A stretch of DNA of 64,000 nucleotides. It comes from a virus. The stretch is from the UHGV virus genome UHGV-0086135. One strand, given 5' to 3'. The translations under genes were made by a program, and so were the position numbers. Below the pieces are notes generated by a model. That model was not told the DNA's origin. It was given only the letters and a program-made list of their open reading frames with translations, and ran no database searches. Shown one piece after another: positions 8,688 to 18,344 of the stretch (position 1 is the stretch's first letter; the number at the start of each line of letters is the position of its first letter).

Positions 8688-8837
8688 ATGAAAACTACGT
8701 TAATTGAAGTAAAAAAGTTGATTGACACAGAAGAAATTTCAGCTTATTTTGAAAATTTCTTAGAAGATGCAACTGAAGATAACGCAGTTTATCTCGCTCA
8801 GAAAATTATAGAAACATATTTGGAGCAGAATCAATGA
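8688..8837 (+). CDS. hypothetical acidic small protein, 49 aa
   Basis: ATG after repeated leader; not in ORF track. Confidence 0.4.
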   Translation: MKTTLIEVKKLIDTEEISAYFENFLEDATEDNAVYLAQKIIETYLEQNQ

Positions 8838-9097
8838 CAGTTTACGTAGATGTTTTAATGAATCATGGATGGAAACTTCGCGGTCATCCAACTAAAAATT
8901 GTCATATGTTCATTGATGGAGATATTGAAGAGCTTCATAAAATGGCAGAAGCAATAGGAATGAAACGTTCTTGGTTTCAAGATAAACGCATTAAACATTA
9001 TGACTTACATGCTCGCCGACGCCAAAAAGCCGTAGAACTTGGAGCTGTAGAAGTATCTCGTCGCGAAGCAGTAAAAATTTGGCAAACATTAAAATAA
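8834..9097 (+). CDS. small conserved protein, 87 aa (resembles DUF4031 family from memory)
   Basis: MTVYVDVLMNHGWKL...HYDLH pattern; ATGA-coupled. Confidence 0.45.
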   Translation: MTVYVDVLMNHGWKLRGHPTKNCHMFIDGDIEELHKMAEAIGMKRSWFQDKRIKHYDLHARRRQKAVELGAVEVSRREAVKIWQTLK

Positions 9098-9100
9098 ATT

Positions 9101-9130
9101 GTTTACAGTAGGGTAGTAGTGTGATACTAT
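9101..9130 (+). promoter_or_regulatory. T4-type early promoter
   Basis: GTTTAC 9101-9106, TACTAT 9125-9130. Confidence 0.55.
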
Positions 9131-9166
9131 TACCCTATCAAAACAAATGTGAAATTGGAGAATAAA

Positions 9167-10135
9167 ATGAAAACTGTAACTATCAATAAGGGTATCTACT
9201 TCGGTAAAGAAATCTCTGGAACTTTTGAGCTCTTAGGCGAATGGTTCCCAGATAATGCTCCGGTAGATGCACAAGGAGATGGTAAAGTTTTTGTTGAAAT
9301 TGACGGTAAACGTCGCGGTGTTTGGGTTTACAAATCAGATATTTCATATGATGGTGTAAAAGTTGAAGAAGTTAAAGAATCGTATGAAGATATGAAAACC
9401 CGCATTAATAAAAGATTTAATGTTATGGGAATGATGACGAATGGTATTATTAATGGAAATATTCGTTCATTGATTATCTCTGGTGCAGCAGGTATTGGTA
9501 AAACGTATTCTTTAGATAAAGCTTTGAATAAAGCAAATGATATTGGATACATTGAATATAAAAGCATTAATGGTAAAATCTCTGGTATTGGTCTTTATGA
9601 GCAGCTTTGGAATAATCGTGAAGAGAATTCTGTCCTTTTGATTGATGATGTGGATGTTTTCTCTGATATGGATATTCTTAATCTTCTAAAAGCCGCTCTG
9701 GACACTGGAGAGACCCGTAAAGTCTGCTGGAGCACTGCGTCTTCTTACTTAGAAGAAAAAGGCATTGAGCGTGAGTTTGAATTTAAAGGAACGATTGTTT
9801 TTATCACAAACGTTGACATTGACCGCGAATTAGACCGTGGTACTAAACTTGCTCCACATTTACAAGCATTAGTGTCCCGCTCGGTTTATTTGGATTTGGG
9901 TGTTCACACTAATGAAGAAATTATGGTCAGGGTTGAAGATGTTATTCTTTCAACTGACATGATGCAAAAGCGCGGTCTTTCTGATGAAGAAACTTATAAA
10001 GCATTATCATGGATGAAAGTTAATGTTAATCGTTTACGCAATGTTTCACTGCGTACTGCTCTTTATCTTGCTGACTTTATTATGACCGACAAAAACGGTT
10101 GGGAAGAAATCGCTGAGGTTACTCTTCTGAAATAA
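9167..10135 (+). CDS. P-loop (AAA-like) ATPase, 322 aa
   Basis: Walker A GAAGIGKT, Walker B LLIDDVD; ATG with GGAG SD. Confidence 0.55.
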   Translation: MKTVTINKGIYFGKEISGTFELLGEWFPDNAPVDAQGDGKVFVEIDGKRRGVWVYKSDISYDGVKVEEVKESYEDMKTRINKRFNVMGMMTNGIINGNIRSLIISGAAGIGKTYSLDKALNKANDIGYIEYKSINGKISGIGLYEQLWNNREENSVLLIDDVDVFSDMDILNLLKAALDTGETRKVCWSTASSYLEEKGIEREFEFKGTIVFITNVDIDRELDRGTKLAPHLQALVSRSVYLDLGVHTNEEIMVRVEDVILSTDMMQKRGLSDEETYKALSWMKVNVNRLRNVSLRTALYLADFIMTDKNGWEEIAEVTLLK

Positions 10136-10236
10136 TTCATAAGAGGACTTCTATGACAAAAAGGCAGTTCAGAAATAGATTATATGGACTGCCATTAAAA
10201 AGATGACTAGAATTAAACTGGTGAATGGAGGTAGTG

Positions 10237-10539
10237 ATGTTATACTCAAAGGCTCGTGAAATTTACGAAACTAAAATTAAAGAAGCAGTATTTCAGTTCG
10301 CAACGACAATGCGATGGACAAATGACTGGGAGTATTCAAAAAATCATAAGAAGCCCATGGTGACAAGAAAGGCTCATATGTTAGTGTTAATAGACCGTGA
10401 GCAGATTAAAGCCCGAGAAGCCCTCCAGAATCATAAAAAGGCTGCCTTTGAATGGTTTATGGATAACACTGCTCCTGAGACCAAGAAAGCGGTAAGTGCA
10501 TGGTTCAGTGGAAAAAATTGTGAAAGAAGTTTCTTTTAG
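10237..10539 (+). CDS. hypothetical protein, 100 aa
   Basis: ATG 10237 with GGAGG SD. Confidence 0.45.
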   Translation: MLYSKAREIYETKIKEAVFQFATTMRWTNDWEYSKNHKKPMVTRKAHMLVLIDREQIKAREALQNHKKAAFEWFMDNTAPETKKAVSAWFSGKNCERSFF

Positions 10540-10541
10540 TG

Positions 10542-10571
10542 GTTTACAAGACTGTTCCTCTGTGGTACTAT
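10542..10571 (+). promoter_or_regulatory. T4-type early promoter (partial copy of leader cassette)
   Basis: GTTTAC 10542-10547, TACTAT 10566-10571. Confidence 0.55.
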
Positions 10572-10599
10572 ACAACTATCAACTACGGAGGAACACAAA

Positions 10600-11127
10600 A
10601 TGAACGCTAAAGATATTTTCAACTTGGTAAATTACAACGATGGTAAATTTAAATCTGAGGCACAAAGCAAGTTCTTTAATGACATCTCAATCGGAGGTGA
10701 AATCACTGTTGATGGAGGACAAATTTACAAATCCCGTTGGAATTGGATCGTTATTATTGATGAGATCGGTATTGTAGAAATTTACAAAAATACGAATAAA
10801 AATCGTACATTACACTGGTCTCGTGATACTAACGAACAGTACAAAAAGGATAAAGCATCTAAATTATCTCGTGTAACTCAAGAAGATATTGAGTTCATCA
10901 AGAAAGATATTTTAATGTATGATAACTTAATTGCTGAAGAGCAAGCTGTTATTGATAAATTTGACGAGATTAAAGCTTCTCGTGAAATTCCTGATTTTAT
11001 GAAAGAATCAGTAAATGAACGATACACTCTCATTTCAGAGCGTATTGAAACTTACAAAAAGCAAAGAGCTGAACGCCAAAATACTCTTCGGAAGTTTGAA
11101 GAACGGTTAAAGACGGTACTCGCATAA
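10600..11127 (+). CDS. hypothetical protein, 175 aa
   Basis: GGAGG SD; helical charged C-terminus. Confidence 0.5.
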   Translation: MNAKDIFNLVNYNDGKFKSEAQSKFFNDISIGGEITVDGGQIYKSRWNWIVIIDEIGIVEIYKNTNKNRTLHWSRDTNEQYKKDKASKLSRVTQEDIEFIKKDILMYDNLIAEEQAVIDKFDEIKASREIPDFMKESVNERYTLISERIETYKKQRAERQNTLRKFEERLKTVLA

Positions 11128-11182
11128 CCGCTTTATACCAAGGATGGTATAATGGTTCTAAGCCCTTTTAATTGAGATTATT

Positions 11183-11590
11183 ATGAAACAGTTGATAATT
11201 AAAAGATTGAATTTATTGATATGTTGTTTATGTGTAGTAGTTGCATATGGTTATTACGCAATTAATGATTATATGCATTATAAAGATTATGATGTTACTG
11301 TAGTTAATACCATTACAGGAACACAAGGAAAAGGGTCTAGTTTATCGTTTATTGCCGTATATGAACTCAAAGATGGTTATAGATTTAGTGAATATATTTC
11401 CCCAGAGATGTATTCTTCAATAGAAAAAGGTGATAATATTACTGTAAGTTTACGTCCTTTCGACGTAAAACAGACATTGTTTGATAATATTGTTTGGTTC
11501 TTTGGAATGGTATTAGTTCAATCTGTGTGTGGTGCTTATATAGTCTGTTCCATCTTATTCTGTATATTTAGTAAAATTGAAATTGAGTGA
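11183..11590 (+). CDS. predicted membrane protein, 135 aa
   Basis: N- and C-terminal hydrophobic helices. Confidence 0.45.
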   Translation: MKQLIIKRLNLLICCLCVVVAYGYYAINDYMHYKDYDVTVVNTITGTQGKGSSLSFIAVYELKDGYRFSEYISPEMYSSIEKGDNITVSLRPFDVKQTLFDNIVWFFGMVLVQSVCGAYIVCSILFCIFSKIEIE

Positions 11591-11597
11591 GGAAAAT

Positions 11598-12488
11598 ATG
11601 TCAGTAGTAATTAATAATGTCAATGCAGTAATTAAATCTTTAGTTAATAAAAAAATGATGAATGAATGGACTGTATTTCGCAGTGCAGAGCCAGATAAAT
11701 TTTTTCATAGATTTAACCCAACTTTGGATTTGAATGTTATTGACAGAGATGTTCATGCAGAAATTTTAGATAAGTTTAAAGTTGATATTGGATTTGGATT
11801 AGAAAAACATTTGCAGCGAACAAACGGATCTGGAATGAGTTTATCTAATCGCATTATGAAAGCCCTTAATAAAATTGGAGCATTGTCTCGTATTAACGCG
11901 AGTGAAATCCTTCGTAATTATAATAAAGGATATGACCTTTATGGTCGACTAATGCCAAAATTATCATTCGATCAAATGATTGCGGATTTGTGGGAAAATC
12001 AAAGACGATTATTAGCATTAGGCGCTCGATTAGCTAAAGGTCTAGATAAACAAATGATTTTTAAGACCAATAATACAGAAGACCTTAAATGCTTTAAATT
12101 TAGTATTCGTGGCGATGATTATTATATCAGAGCTCGCTCTACAGATTATGTCAATATGGGGCATCATCTCTGTTTAGCTTTTGAAGTTTTAAAAGAAGCT
12201 GGAACATTAGAATATTCATCTGGTGCAAAATGCCCTATTGGTTCAAGTTGTATTTTAATTTATCGCCCGGATGAATCCAGTTCAACTACATTGCCTACGA
12301 AACCTGTATCAGTTCGTAGTAACGAAAAACATTCTGAACAAATTGATTATTTTAATAAACAGATTGAAGAGCTGAATATTTCTATTCAACAATATGATGA
12401 TGAAATTTTCAGACTATCTGGACTGAGTAGTAAAGCTAAATCTGAGCGTGAAAAGTTAATTAAAATTGTCGATTTACTTAAATCTTAA
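11598..12488 (+). CDS. coiled-coil paralogue family member A, 296 aa
   Basis: ATG with GAGGAAA SD; C-terminal heptad-rich tail. Confidence 0.55.
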   Translation: MSVVINNVNAVIKSLVNKKMMNEWTVFRSAEPDKFFHRFNPTLDLNVIDRDVHAEILDKFKVDIGFGLEKHLQRTNGSGMSLSNRIMKALNKIGALSRINASEILRNYNKGYDLYGRLMPKLSFDQMIADLWENQRRLLALGARLAKGLDKQMIFKTNNTEDLKCFKFSIRGDDYYIRARSTDYVNMGHHLCLAFEVLKEAGTLEYSSGAKCPIGSSCILIYRPDESSSTTLPTKPVSVRSNEKHSEQIDYFNKQIEELNISIQQYDDEIFRLSGLSSKAKSEREKLIKIVDLLKS

Positions 12489-12496
12489 GGAATACC

Positions 12497-13519
12497 ATGA
12501 AAACTCGTTCTCAAATTGAAGATATGGTTCGTAATGCCAGCTATACTCGTGATGCTATGACGTTTTTGTGTGAAAATAATTTAGACCTTGGTAAAGTTAA
12601 TTGTTCCATTCATGCCTTTAAACATCTGAACAGCAGTGAATGGGTGCGCAATTTTAACCAAGCAGGATATATTACACAAATGACGGCTCGTGAGCAGCTC
12701 ACTGATTTCTGTAAAACTATTGATTATAAAAATCCTCTATTTGTTCAAGGTGTTGGCCAAAGTAAGGTCGATTTATCATCTGGATTTTTCAATCCAAATC
12801 ATTATCGTATTGAATGGAGATTTATTGCTCTATTCCGTAAACAATTAAAACAAATTTTATCAATTGCGAGTCGATTAAAAGGTTCTGATATTAACTTAAA
12901 GAATCTGAAATTTGATGGTTATACTCTTCAGATGGAAGTAAGACCATTAAAAGAAAATAACAGAACTGCGCGAATTAGCTTTAAACCTAATACAAAAAAT
13001 TCTCTTTCAATTTGCGAATGCCTTAAATCACAGTTGACAGAAGCATTTAAGTATATGGATGTTGTTGCCGCTGTTCAGTCTAAGATTTTACCTCATTTTG
13101 AGCGAAATTGGGAACATACAACAACGTATGAACTTGATATGATCGTTTCATTTAAATACGATTTTTTGAGAAAGGACGAAGTCCCACAAGAGAAAAAGCA
13201 GGAAGTGCAAGATAACTTAAATTTATCCAATTACTCATCAAACGATCCTAAATTTTGGATGTATAGTTCAAGTAATAAAGATGCATGGAAATTCAATAAA
13301 GTGAATTTTCTTCCTGTTGAAAATCCGAGTCTTAAACCTGTTGAAAAATGGCATGCGGATGCGATTGAGAAGTCTATCAAGGCAGTAGATGATGAACTCG
13401 TTAAAGCAACTAATGAAGTGTTAGAAGCTGAAAAGATGCTAGAAAAAGCTCAAGAAAAAGTCAAAAATCTTACGAAGCAACGTTCTAAACTGAACAATGC
13501 ACTAAATGCACTAAACTAG
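12497..13519 (+). CDS. coiled-coil paralogue family member B, 340 aa
   Basis: N-terminal MKTR...; central motif shared with member C; coiled-coil tail. Confidence 0.55.
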   Translation: MKTRSQIEDMVRNASYTRDAMTFLCENNLDLGKVNCSIHAFKHLNSSEWVRNFNQAGYITQMTAREQLTDFCKTIDYKNPLFVQGVGQSKVDLSSGFFNPNHYRIEWRFIALFRKQLKQILSIASRLKGSDINLKNLKFDGYTLQMEVRPLKENNRTARISFKPNTKNSLSICECLKSQLTEAFKYMDVVAAVQSKILPHFERNWEHTTTYELDMIVSFKYDFLRKDEVPQEKKQEVQDNLNLSNYSSNDPKFWMYSSSNKDAWKFNKVNFLPVENPSLKPVEKWHADAIEKSIKAVDDELVKATNEVLEAEKMLEKAQEKVKNLTKQRSKLNNALNALN

Positions 13520-13548
13520 TTTACTTTGCCACAAGGATGTGGTATAAT
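13519..13548 (+). promoter_or_regulatory. T4-type early promoter
   Basis: GTTTAC 13519-13524, TATAAT 13543-13548. Confidence 0.55.
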
Positions 13549-13576
13549 GTTCTTACTTTCTACTGAGGAGATTAAT

Positions 13577-14578
13577 ATGACTCGTAACGAATATATCAAA
13601 TCATTCAATAGCGTTATTGATGATAAAGTTAAGACTGTGTCTAGTCAGAATAGTGTTATTTCCATTATCAATCAATGGCTCAATAATACTGATGCAAGTA
13701 TTGTTTCTTCAAGCAAATTTATTCATGAAGTTCATAAAATTTCTAGTCGCGAATATAAAGATGATATTAAGGAAACTTTTAAAGGTTCTCGTCTTCTTTC
13801 ATATTTAGTTAATCAAGATATTCTTGGTAAATTTGGGAAAGAAATTAAACGAACTAAAGATGTAGTAGGATACAGTTGGTTCGGTGATGTTAATTCTTAT
13901 CATCTTAATAATAAAGAAGACCCTGAGAATATTTTTACTCGTCGTTGGATTAGTAATTTTAGACTTTTCAAGAAGCAAATTCTAAAATCAGCTTCTAAAT
14001 TATGCTATGGTGATTATCGTCAAATCCATCCTTGGGCTTCTGATATGATTATCATAAAAGAATATGAGCTTGATAAAAATAAAGCAGCTATTTTTGTGAA
14101 TTATGAATTTTTTACACCAGAAGCTAATCAAAAGAACATTAATAAATTTTTCTCAATTGCTAGCGATATAACTCGTCAGTTAGAGACCGCATTACTTTGT
14201 ATGGAAACAGTAGAAAATATTCATACTTATCCTTTTAAGAATATATGCGGTTGGGAAGGATATAAAATTGTAGTTAGTCTCCGTGAAGTAAAGTGTGCGT
14301 ACTCACCGACTGATAAAGAAATTTACCAACAAAAATGTGATGAAATTGTGAATACTCCTAAAGAAGAAACTACCCTTGAGGAACTAATGGAATGTCTTGA
14401 CGATTCACCTGAACCGGTAGAAATTCGTCCAGAAGTTATTGCACTAGAAAAAGCTTATAAAGAAGTTCTAGAAATTTCTAATAAAGCGCAGAAAGATTAT
14501 GAGCAGGCTAAAAGGATTTGGGAAGAATCTGTTAATCGCCTGGATCGTCTTGAACAAGCTTTACAGTTAATTAAGTAA
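13577..14578 (+). CDS. coiled-coil paralogue family member C, 333 aa
   Basis: ATG 13577 with GAGGAG SD; KKQILKSASKLCYGD motif. Confidence 0.55.
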   Translation: MTRNEYIKSFNSVIDDKVKTVSSQNSVISIINQWLNNTDASIVSSSKFIHEVHKISSREYKDDIKETFKGSRLLSYLVNQDILGKFGKEIKRTKDVVGYSWFGDVNSYHLNNKEDPENIFTRRWISNFRLFKKQILKSASKLCYGDYRQIHPWASDMIIIKEYELDKNKAAIFVNYEFFTPEANQKNINKFFSIASDITRQLETALLCMETVENIHTYPFKNICGWEGYKIVVSLREVKCAYSPTDKEIYQQKCDEIVNTPKEETTLEELMECLDDSPEPVEIRPEVIALEKAYKEVLEISNKAQKDYEQAKRIWEESVNRLDRLEQALQLIK

Positions 14579-14630
14579 TTTAAAGCCAAGGATGGCTCGG
14601 AGTATAAATCATTAACCAAGTGAGAAGAAC

Positions 14631-15557
14631 ATGAAAACTCGTAAACATTATATTGATTATTTTGACAGCCTTATTACTAAACACCGTAATTATCAGATCG
14701 GACACAGAGCAGTAATCAATAATATTCTTCGTGATTTTTTAGACTATATTGGATGGGAAAACCATATTTGTAAAGATACACAAAATGCATATTCACATTC
14801 TCTTGGTTCTTTGCTAGAGTGGTTCAAACGTTCCCGATTACTATCTTCTGTAATAGCTGTTAATAATGTTAAAAAATTTATGTATCCAAGCTACATTGAG
14901 ACTAATGTATCAAATGCTAATGTTGTTACATTTAATATTATTAATGACGTGAAAAGAACTTATTTAGAAGAATGGTTTTCTAAAAATAGTAAAGAAAAAT
15001 TCGCTAGTGAGTTTTCAGGTGAATTTAATGAGAACGTTAATATGCTTTTTAAGCATTCTCGTAGACTGTTTTGTCATGGTGATAATCGTACTATTAATGT
15101 GAATGTAAAAGACTGGGTTACTGCTAAATTCACTCCATCATCCCAGAATGGACAATTTGAATTATCAATTATCATTTGTGCTCCGCACGAGATATATAAA
15201 AATCTTCCGTATATGAAACCGCACGAAGCTAATAAACACAATGAAACTATTAGTTCTTTGGCTTATAATTTGCGTGAGTTATTATCTAATATGGATGTAG
15301 TTAAATCCTTTGATGATAATACGAATTATGGTCTTTCACTGTTTGAAACTAAATTTGTTATTAAGTTAAAGGACCCCAGCGAATTTAAACCTACACCAAA
15401 GCACAATCATGGGAATGATACTATGAAAGAAGAACGTGAATATCTCAGTGCTCGTTTGATTGAAGTTGAAAAACAGATTGAAGAGCATACTAAAGTTCTT
15501 AAGGCTTTAACCGCCAAAGCAGATGGTTTACGTGATGCTATTGAGGTGCTGAAATGA
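14631..15557 (+). CDS. coiled-coil paralogue family member D, 308 aa
   Basis: N-terminal MKTRKHYIDYF; coiled-coil tail. Confidence 0.55.
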   Translation: MKTRKHYIDYFDSLITKHRNYQIGHRAVINNILRDFLDYIGWENHICKDTQNAYSHSLGSLLEWFKRSRLLSSVIAVNNVKKFMYPSYIETNVSNANVVTFNIINDVKRTYLEEWFSKNSKEKFASEFSGEFNENVNMLFKHSRRLFCHGDNRTINVNVKDWVTAKFTPSSQNGQFELSIIICAPHEIYKNLPYMKPHEANKHNETISSLAYNLRELLSNMDVVKSFDDNTNYGLSLFETKFVIKLKDPSEFKPTPKHNHGNDTMKEEREYLSARLIEVEKQIEEHTKVLKALTAKADGLRDAIEVLK

Positions 15558-15871
15558 AAAAGCGTCTATTAGAAGATATTGCAGCTTCAAGTAATTCCAG
15601 TCTAATTAAAATTATTATGGCTGGTGAAGAAGACGATCTGGAAATGCGTGGAAAGATTCATGGTTGTGACGATTTAGATTTTAAACCTCCAGCATGGGAT
15701 GCCATTATGGCTATGGTTGAACGCCGCGAAAGGGCTTCTAAAAACGTTCCTAATTGTCCTGAATGCGGTACTGAACAGGTACAATTAGTTCATTGGCAGA
15801 CTAGTAATCTTCGTTATAAATGTCGTCATTGTAAACACCGATTTGACCGAGAAGAAAATGACAAAGCGTAA
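15554..15871 (+). CDS. zinc-ribbon protein, 105 aa
   Basis: CPECG...CRHCKH four-Cys ribbon; ATGA-coupled. Confidence 0.45.
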
Positions 15872-16100
15872 AGAATATATGGAGACTGCTGAAAAGGCAG
15901 TCCGTGAATTAGCAATAGCGTATTATAATGAACACGGTAAATTTCCTGATAGATACAGCGTGCTTAAATCTGCTTTAACCCGTTCATATAAAAATATGCT
16001 ATCAGAAGTAAGTGATATTATATACAAACATAAAGAACAAACTGGCCAAAGTCTTGATTACGACGAGACTTTTAAACAAGTACTAGGAATTAAGGAATAA
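15858..16100 (+). CDS. hypothetical protein, 80 aa
   Basis: ATG 15858 (track starts at TTG 15843). Confidence 0.4.
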
Positions 16101-16101
16101 T

Positions 16102-16365
16102 ATGTTTAAAGTATATGGTTATGATAGCAGTATCCATAAATGCGTGTATTGTGATAATGCAAAACGTCTTTTGACTGTGAAGAAACAGCCGTTTGAATTT
16201 ATCAACATTATGCCGGAAAAAGGTGTTTTTGATGATGAGAAAATCGCTGAACTTCTGACGAAACTAGGTCGTGATACTCAAATTGGTTTGACGATGCCAC
16301 AAGTATTTGCTCCTGATGGAAGTCATATTGGCGGATTTGACCAATTGCGGGAATACTTTAAATGA
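16102..16365 (+). CDS. nrdC: phage thioredoxin/glutaredoxin
   Basis: 87 aa; CVYC active site; matches T4 NrdC as I recall. Confidence 0.9.
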   Translation: MFKVYGYDSSIHKCVYCDNAKRLLTVKKQPFEFINIMPEKGVFDDEKIAELLTKLGRDTQIGLTMPQVFAPDGSHIGGFDQLREYFK

Positions 16366-16751
16366 TGCTCGAAGGAACTGATTATATCCATGACTACCGC
16401 GGAAGCGCGGTATATGTAGGTGATGAAGTTGCAGTTTACTATGGGTATGGAACTTTGATGACAGCCAAGGTTATTCAAATTAAAAATAACCGTGCTAAAC
16501 TTGAAGTTTATTATTCTAATGGTGAAAAGTCTATTTCTAAATGGAAATATGGGCGATTGTATGGTCAAACTGGGGTAAATATGATTTACGATATTAGCGT
16601 ATCAAGAACTCCGTCAATGGTTACTATTCCTGCTGAAGAATTAGATCGTCTTCAGAAAATTGAAGAACTTCTTTGGGAAATTGAATCTGATTTGCCATCA
16701 GGACTAGAATCCTGGATTGATTATGAAGAACTTAATAAATTGCGAAATTAA
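16362..16751 (+). CDS. hypothetical protein, 129 aa
   Basis: ATGATG-coupled to nrdC. Confidence 0.5.
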   Translation: MMLEGTDYIHDYRGSAVYVGDEVAVYYGYGTLMTAKVIQIKNNRAKLEVYYSNGEKSISKWKYGRLYGQTGVNMIYDISVSRTPSMVTIPAEELDRLQKIEELLWEIESDLPSGLESWIDYEELNKLRN

Positions 16752-16761
16752 TTGGTGAAAA

Positions 16762-17082
16762 ATGAATATTGAAAATAAATTAGATGTTGATGCAGTTCTG
16801 AGTGAAATCATCGAAGACCATGATGCATTTTCAGAAAATTATGATTTCGATTTTTCGGATTATCTTAAACCTATCGAAATAGAAGACTGGGTGCAAGATG
16901 GTAAATGCCAATATCGCCAGTGTGTTTATTTTAGTCCAAAACACAATGTACATGTTTCCGTAAATGAATCTCGCTCAGGTTCTTATCATTCTGACTGGTA
17001 TTATGCAGTTCCGACTGTTGAACTAGTCGAGCCCCGTGAACGCGTAGTAACTCAGACAGTACGAGAATGGATTACGCTATAA
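16762..17082 (+). CDS. hypothetical acidic protein, 106 aa
   Basis: ORF between nrdC and gene 49. Confidence 0.5.
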   Translation: MNIENKLDVDAVLSEIIEDHDAFSENYDFDFSDYLKPIEIEDWVQDGKCQYRQCVYFSPKHNVHVSVNESRSGSYHSDWYYAVPTVELVEPRERVVTQTVREWITL

Positions 17083-17205
17083 AACCTTGGTGGGCGGCTA
17101 GATGGGAAACTGTAGAGCCAGAGCCGGAAGAACCGGTTTACACTGATGAAGAAACAGTATATAATGAACCGACGATAAACGACTTAATTGATATGGAGAT
17201 GGGAC

Positions 17206-17652
17206 ATGATTGCAGTAGATAAGTGGTTTAGAATTAATCGTGCTGATAAAGGGCTGTGTAATTACTGGCCGGAACTTAGTGCAGGTACTGTCTTTAAAGT
17301 TCGTGAACTTGCAAAAGAATGTGAAGATGATATAGAACCTGATACTGGAATTATTGAAATTGAACTTTCTAATGGAAAGATTATTAACATCTATGATAAG
17401 CCAATTACGTATTGGTGCTTGTGGAATACTGAATCAGCGGAAAATGGCGAAATTGAAGAAGTTGTAGAACGAGTTGATCAAGTTATTCATAAACCTAAAG
17501 CCGCTTTTCAAGGTGAACGCATTTCATACGCATTAGCTAAATTAGCTGCACAAGAAAATAACGATGGTTATGAAGGAAATTTGATGCAAGCTGCGGCAGA
17601 ATACATTGAATGGCTTGAAACTCAAATTTCTTTTTCTGATAGGCCATTCTAA
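17206..17652 (+). CDS. hypothetical protein, 148 aa (pin-region)
   Basis: ATG 17206 with GGAG SD (track starts at TTG 17188). Confidence 0.45.
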   Translation: MIAVDKWFRINRADKGLCNYWPELSAGTVFKVRELAKECEDDIEPDTGIIEIELSNGKIINIYDKPITYWCLWNTESAENGEIEEVVERVDQVIHKPKAAFQGERISYALAKLAAQENNDGYEGNLMQAAAEYIEWLETQISFSDRPF

Positions 17653-17828
17653 TGAAAACTGAATTGATTTATACTGAAAAGCTAAATGGTGGTAAAGTCT
17701 GGAAACTTTTTATTAAAGGAAGTCCTACTGACCCTAATATGACCACTTGTGTAGGAACTTATTCTCGTCCTACTAAAAAGATGATTCGACAATATAAGCG
17801 ATTGCATCGAATGTTTTACAATACTTGA
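17652..17828 (+). CDS. hypothetical basic small protein, 58 aa
   Basis: TAATG-coupled; not in ORF track. Confidence 0.35.
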   Translation: MKTELIYTEKLNGGKVWKLFIKGSPTDPNMTTCVGTYSRPTKKMIRQYKRLHRMFYNT

Positions 17829-17870
17829 AAATAATAAATACCCTTATCTATTCAAGGTAAGGGTTTTATT

Positions 17871-18344
17871 ATGTTATTGACTGGCAAATTATACAAAGAA
17901 GAAAAACAGAAATTTTATAACGCACAAAACGGTAAATGCTTAATTTGCCAACGAGAACTAAATCCTGATGTTCAAGCTAATCACCTTGACCATGACCATG
18001 AATTAAATGGACCAAAAGCAGGAAAGGTACGTGGATTGCTCTGTAATCTCTGCAATGCAGCGGAAGGTCAAATGAAACACAAATTTAATCGTTCTGGCTT
18101 AAAGGGGCAAGGCGTTGATTATCTTGAATGGTTAGAAAATTTACTTACTTATTTAAAATCCGATTACACCCAAAATAATATTCACCCTAACTTCGTTGGA
18201 GATAAATCAAAGGAATTTTCTCGTTTAGGAAAAGAGGAAATGATGGCTGAGATGCTTCAAAGAGGATTTGAATATAATGAATCTGACACTAAAACACAAT
18301 TAATAGCTTCATTTAAGAAGCAGCTTAGAAAGAGTTTAAAATGA
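17871..18344 (+). CDS. 49: endonuclease VII (Holliday junction resolvase)
   Basis: 157 aa; CxxC...HLDHDHELNG...CNLCN zinc/H-N-H core. Confidence 0.85.
   Translation: MLLTGKLYKEEKQKFYNAQNGKCLICQRELNPDVQANHLDHDHELNGPKAGKVRGLLCNLCNAAEGQMKHKFNRSGLKGQGVDYLEWLENLLTYLKSDYTQNNIHPNFVGDKSKEFSRLGKEEMMAEMLQRGFEYNESDTKTQLIASFKKQLRKSLK

Noticed and set aside
13617-13808. 63-aa ORF inside paralogue C
   Set aside because: Internal alternative-frame ORF with hydrophobic junk composition.
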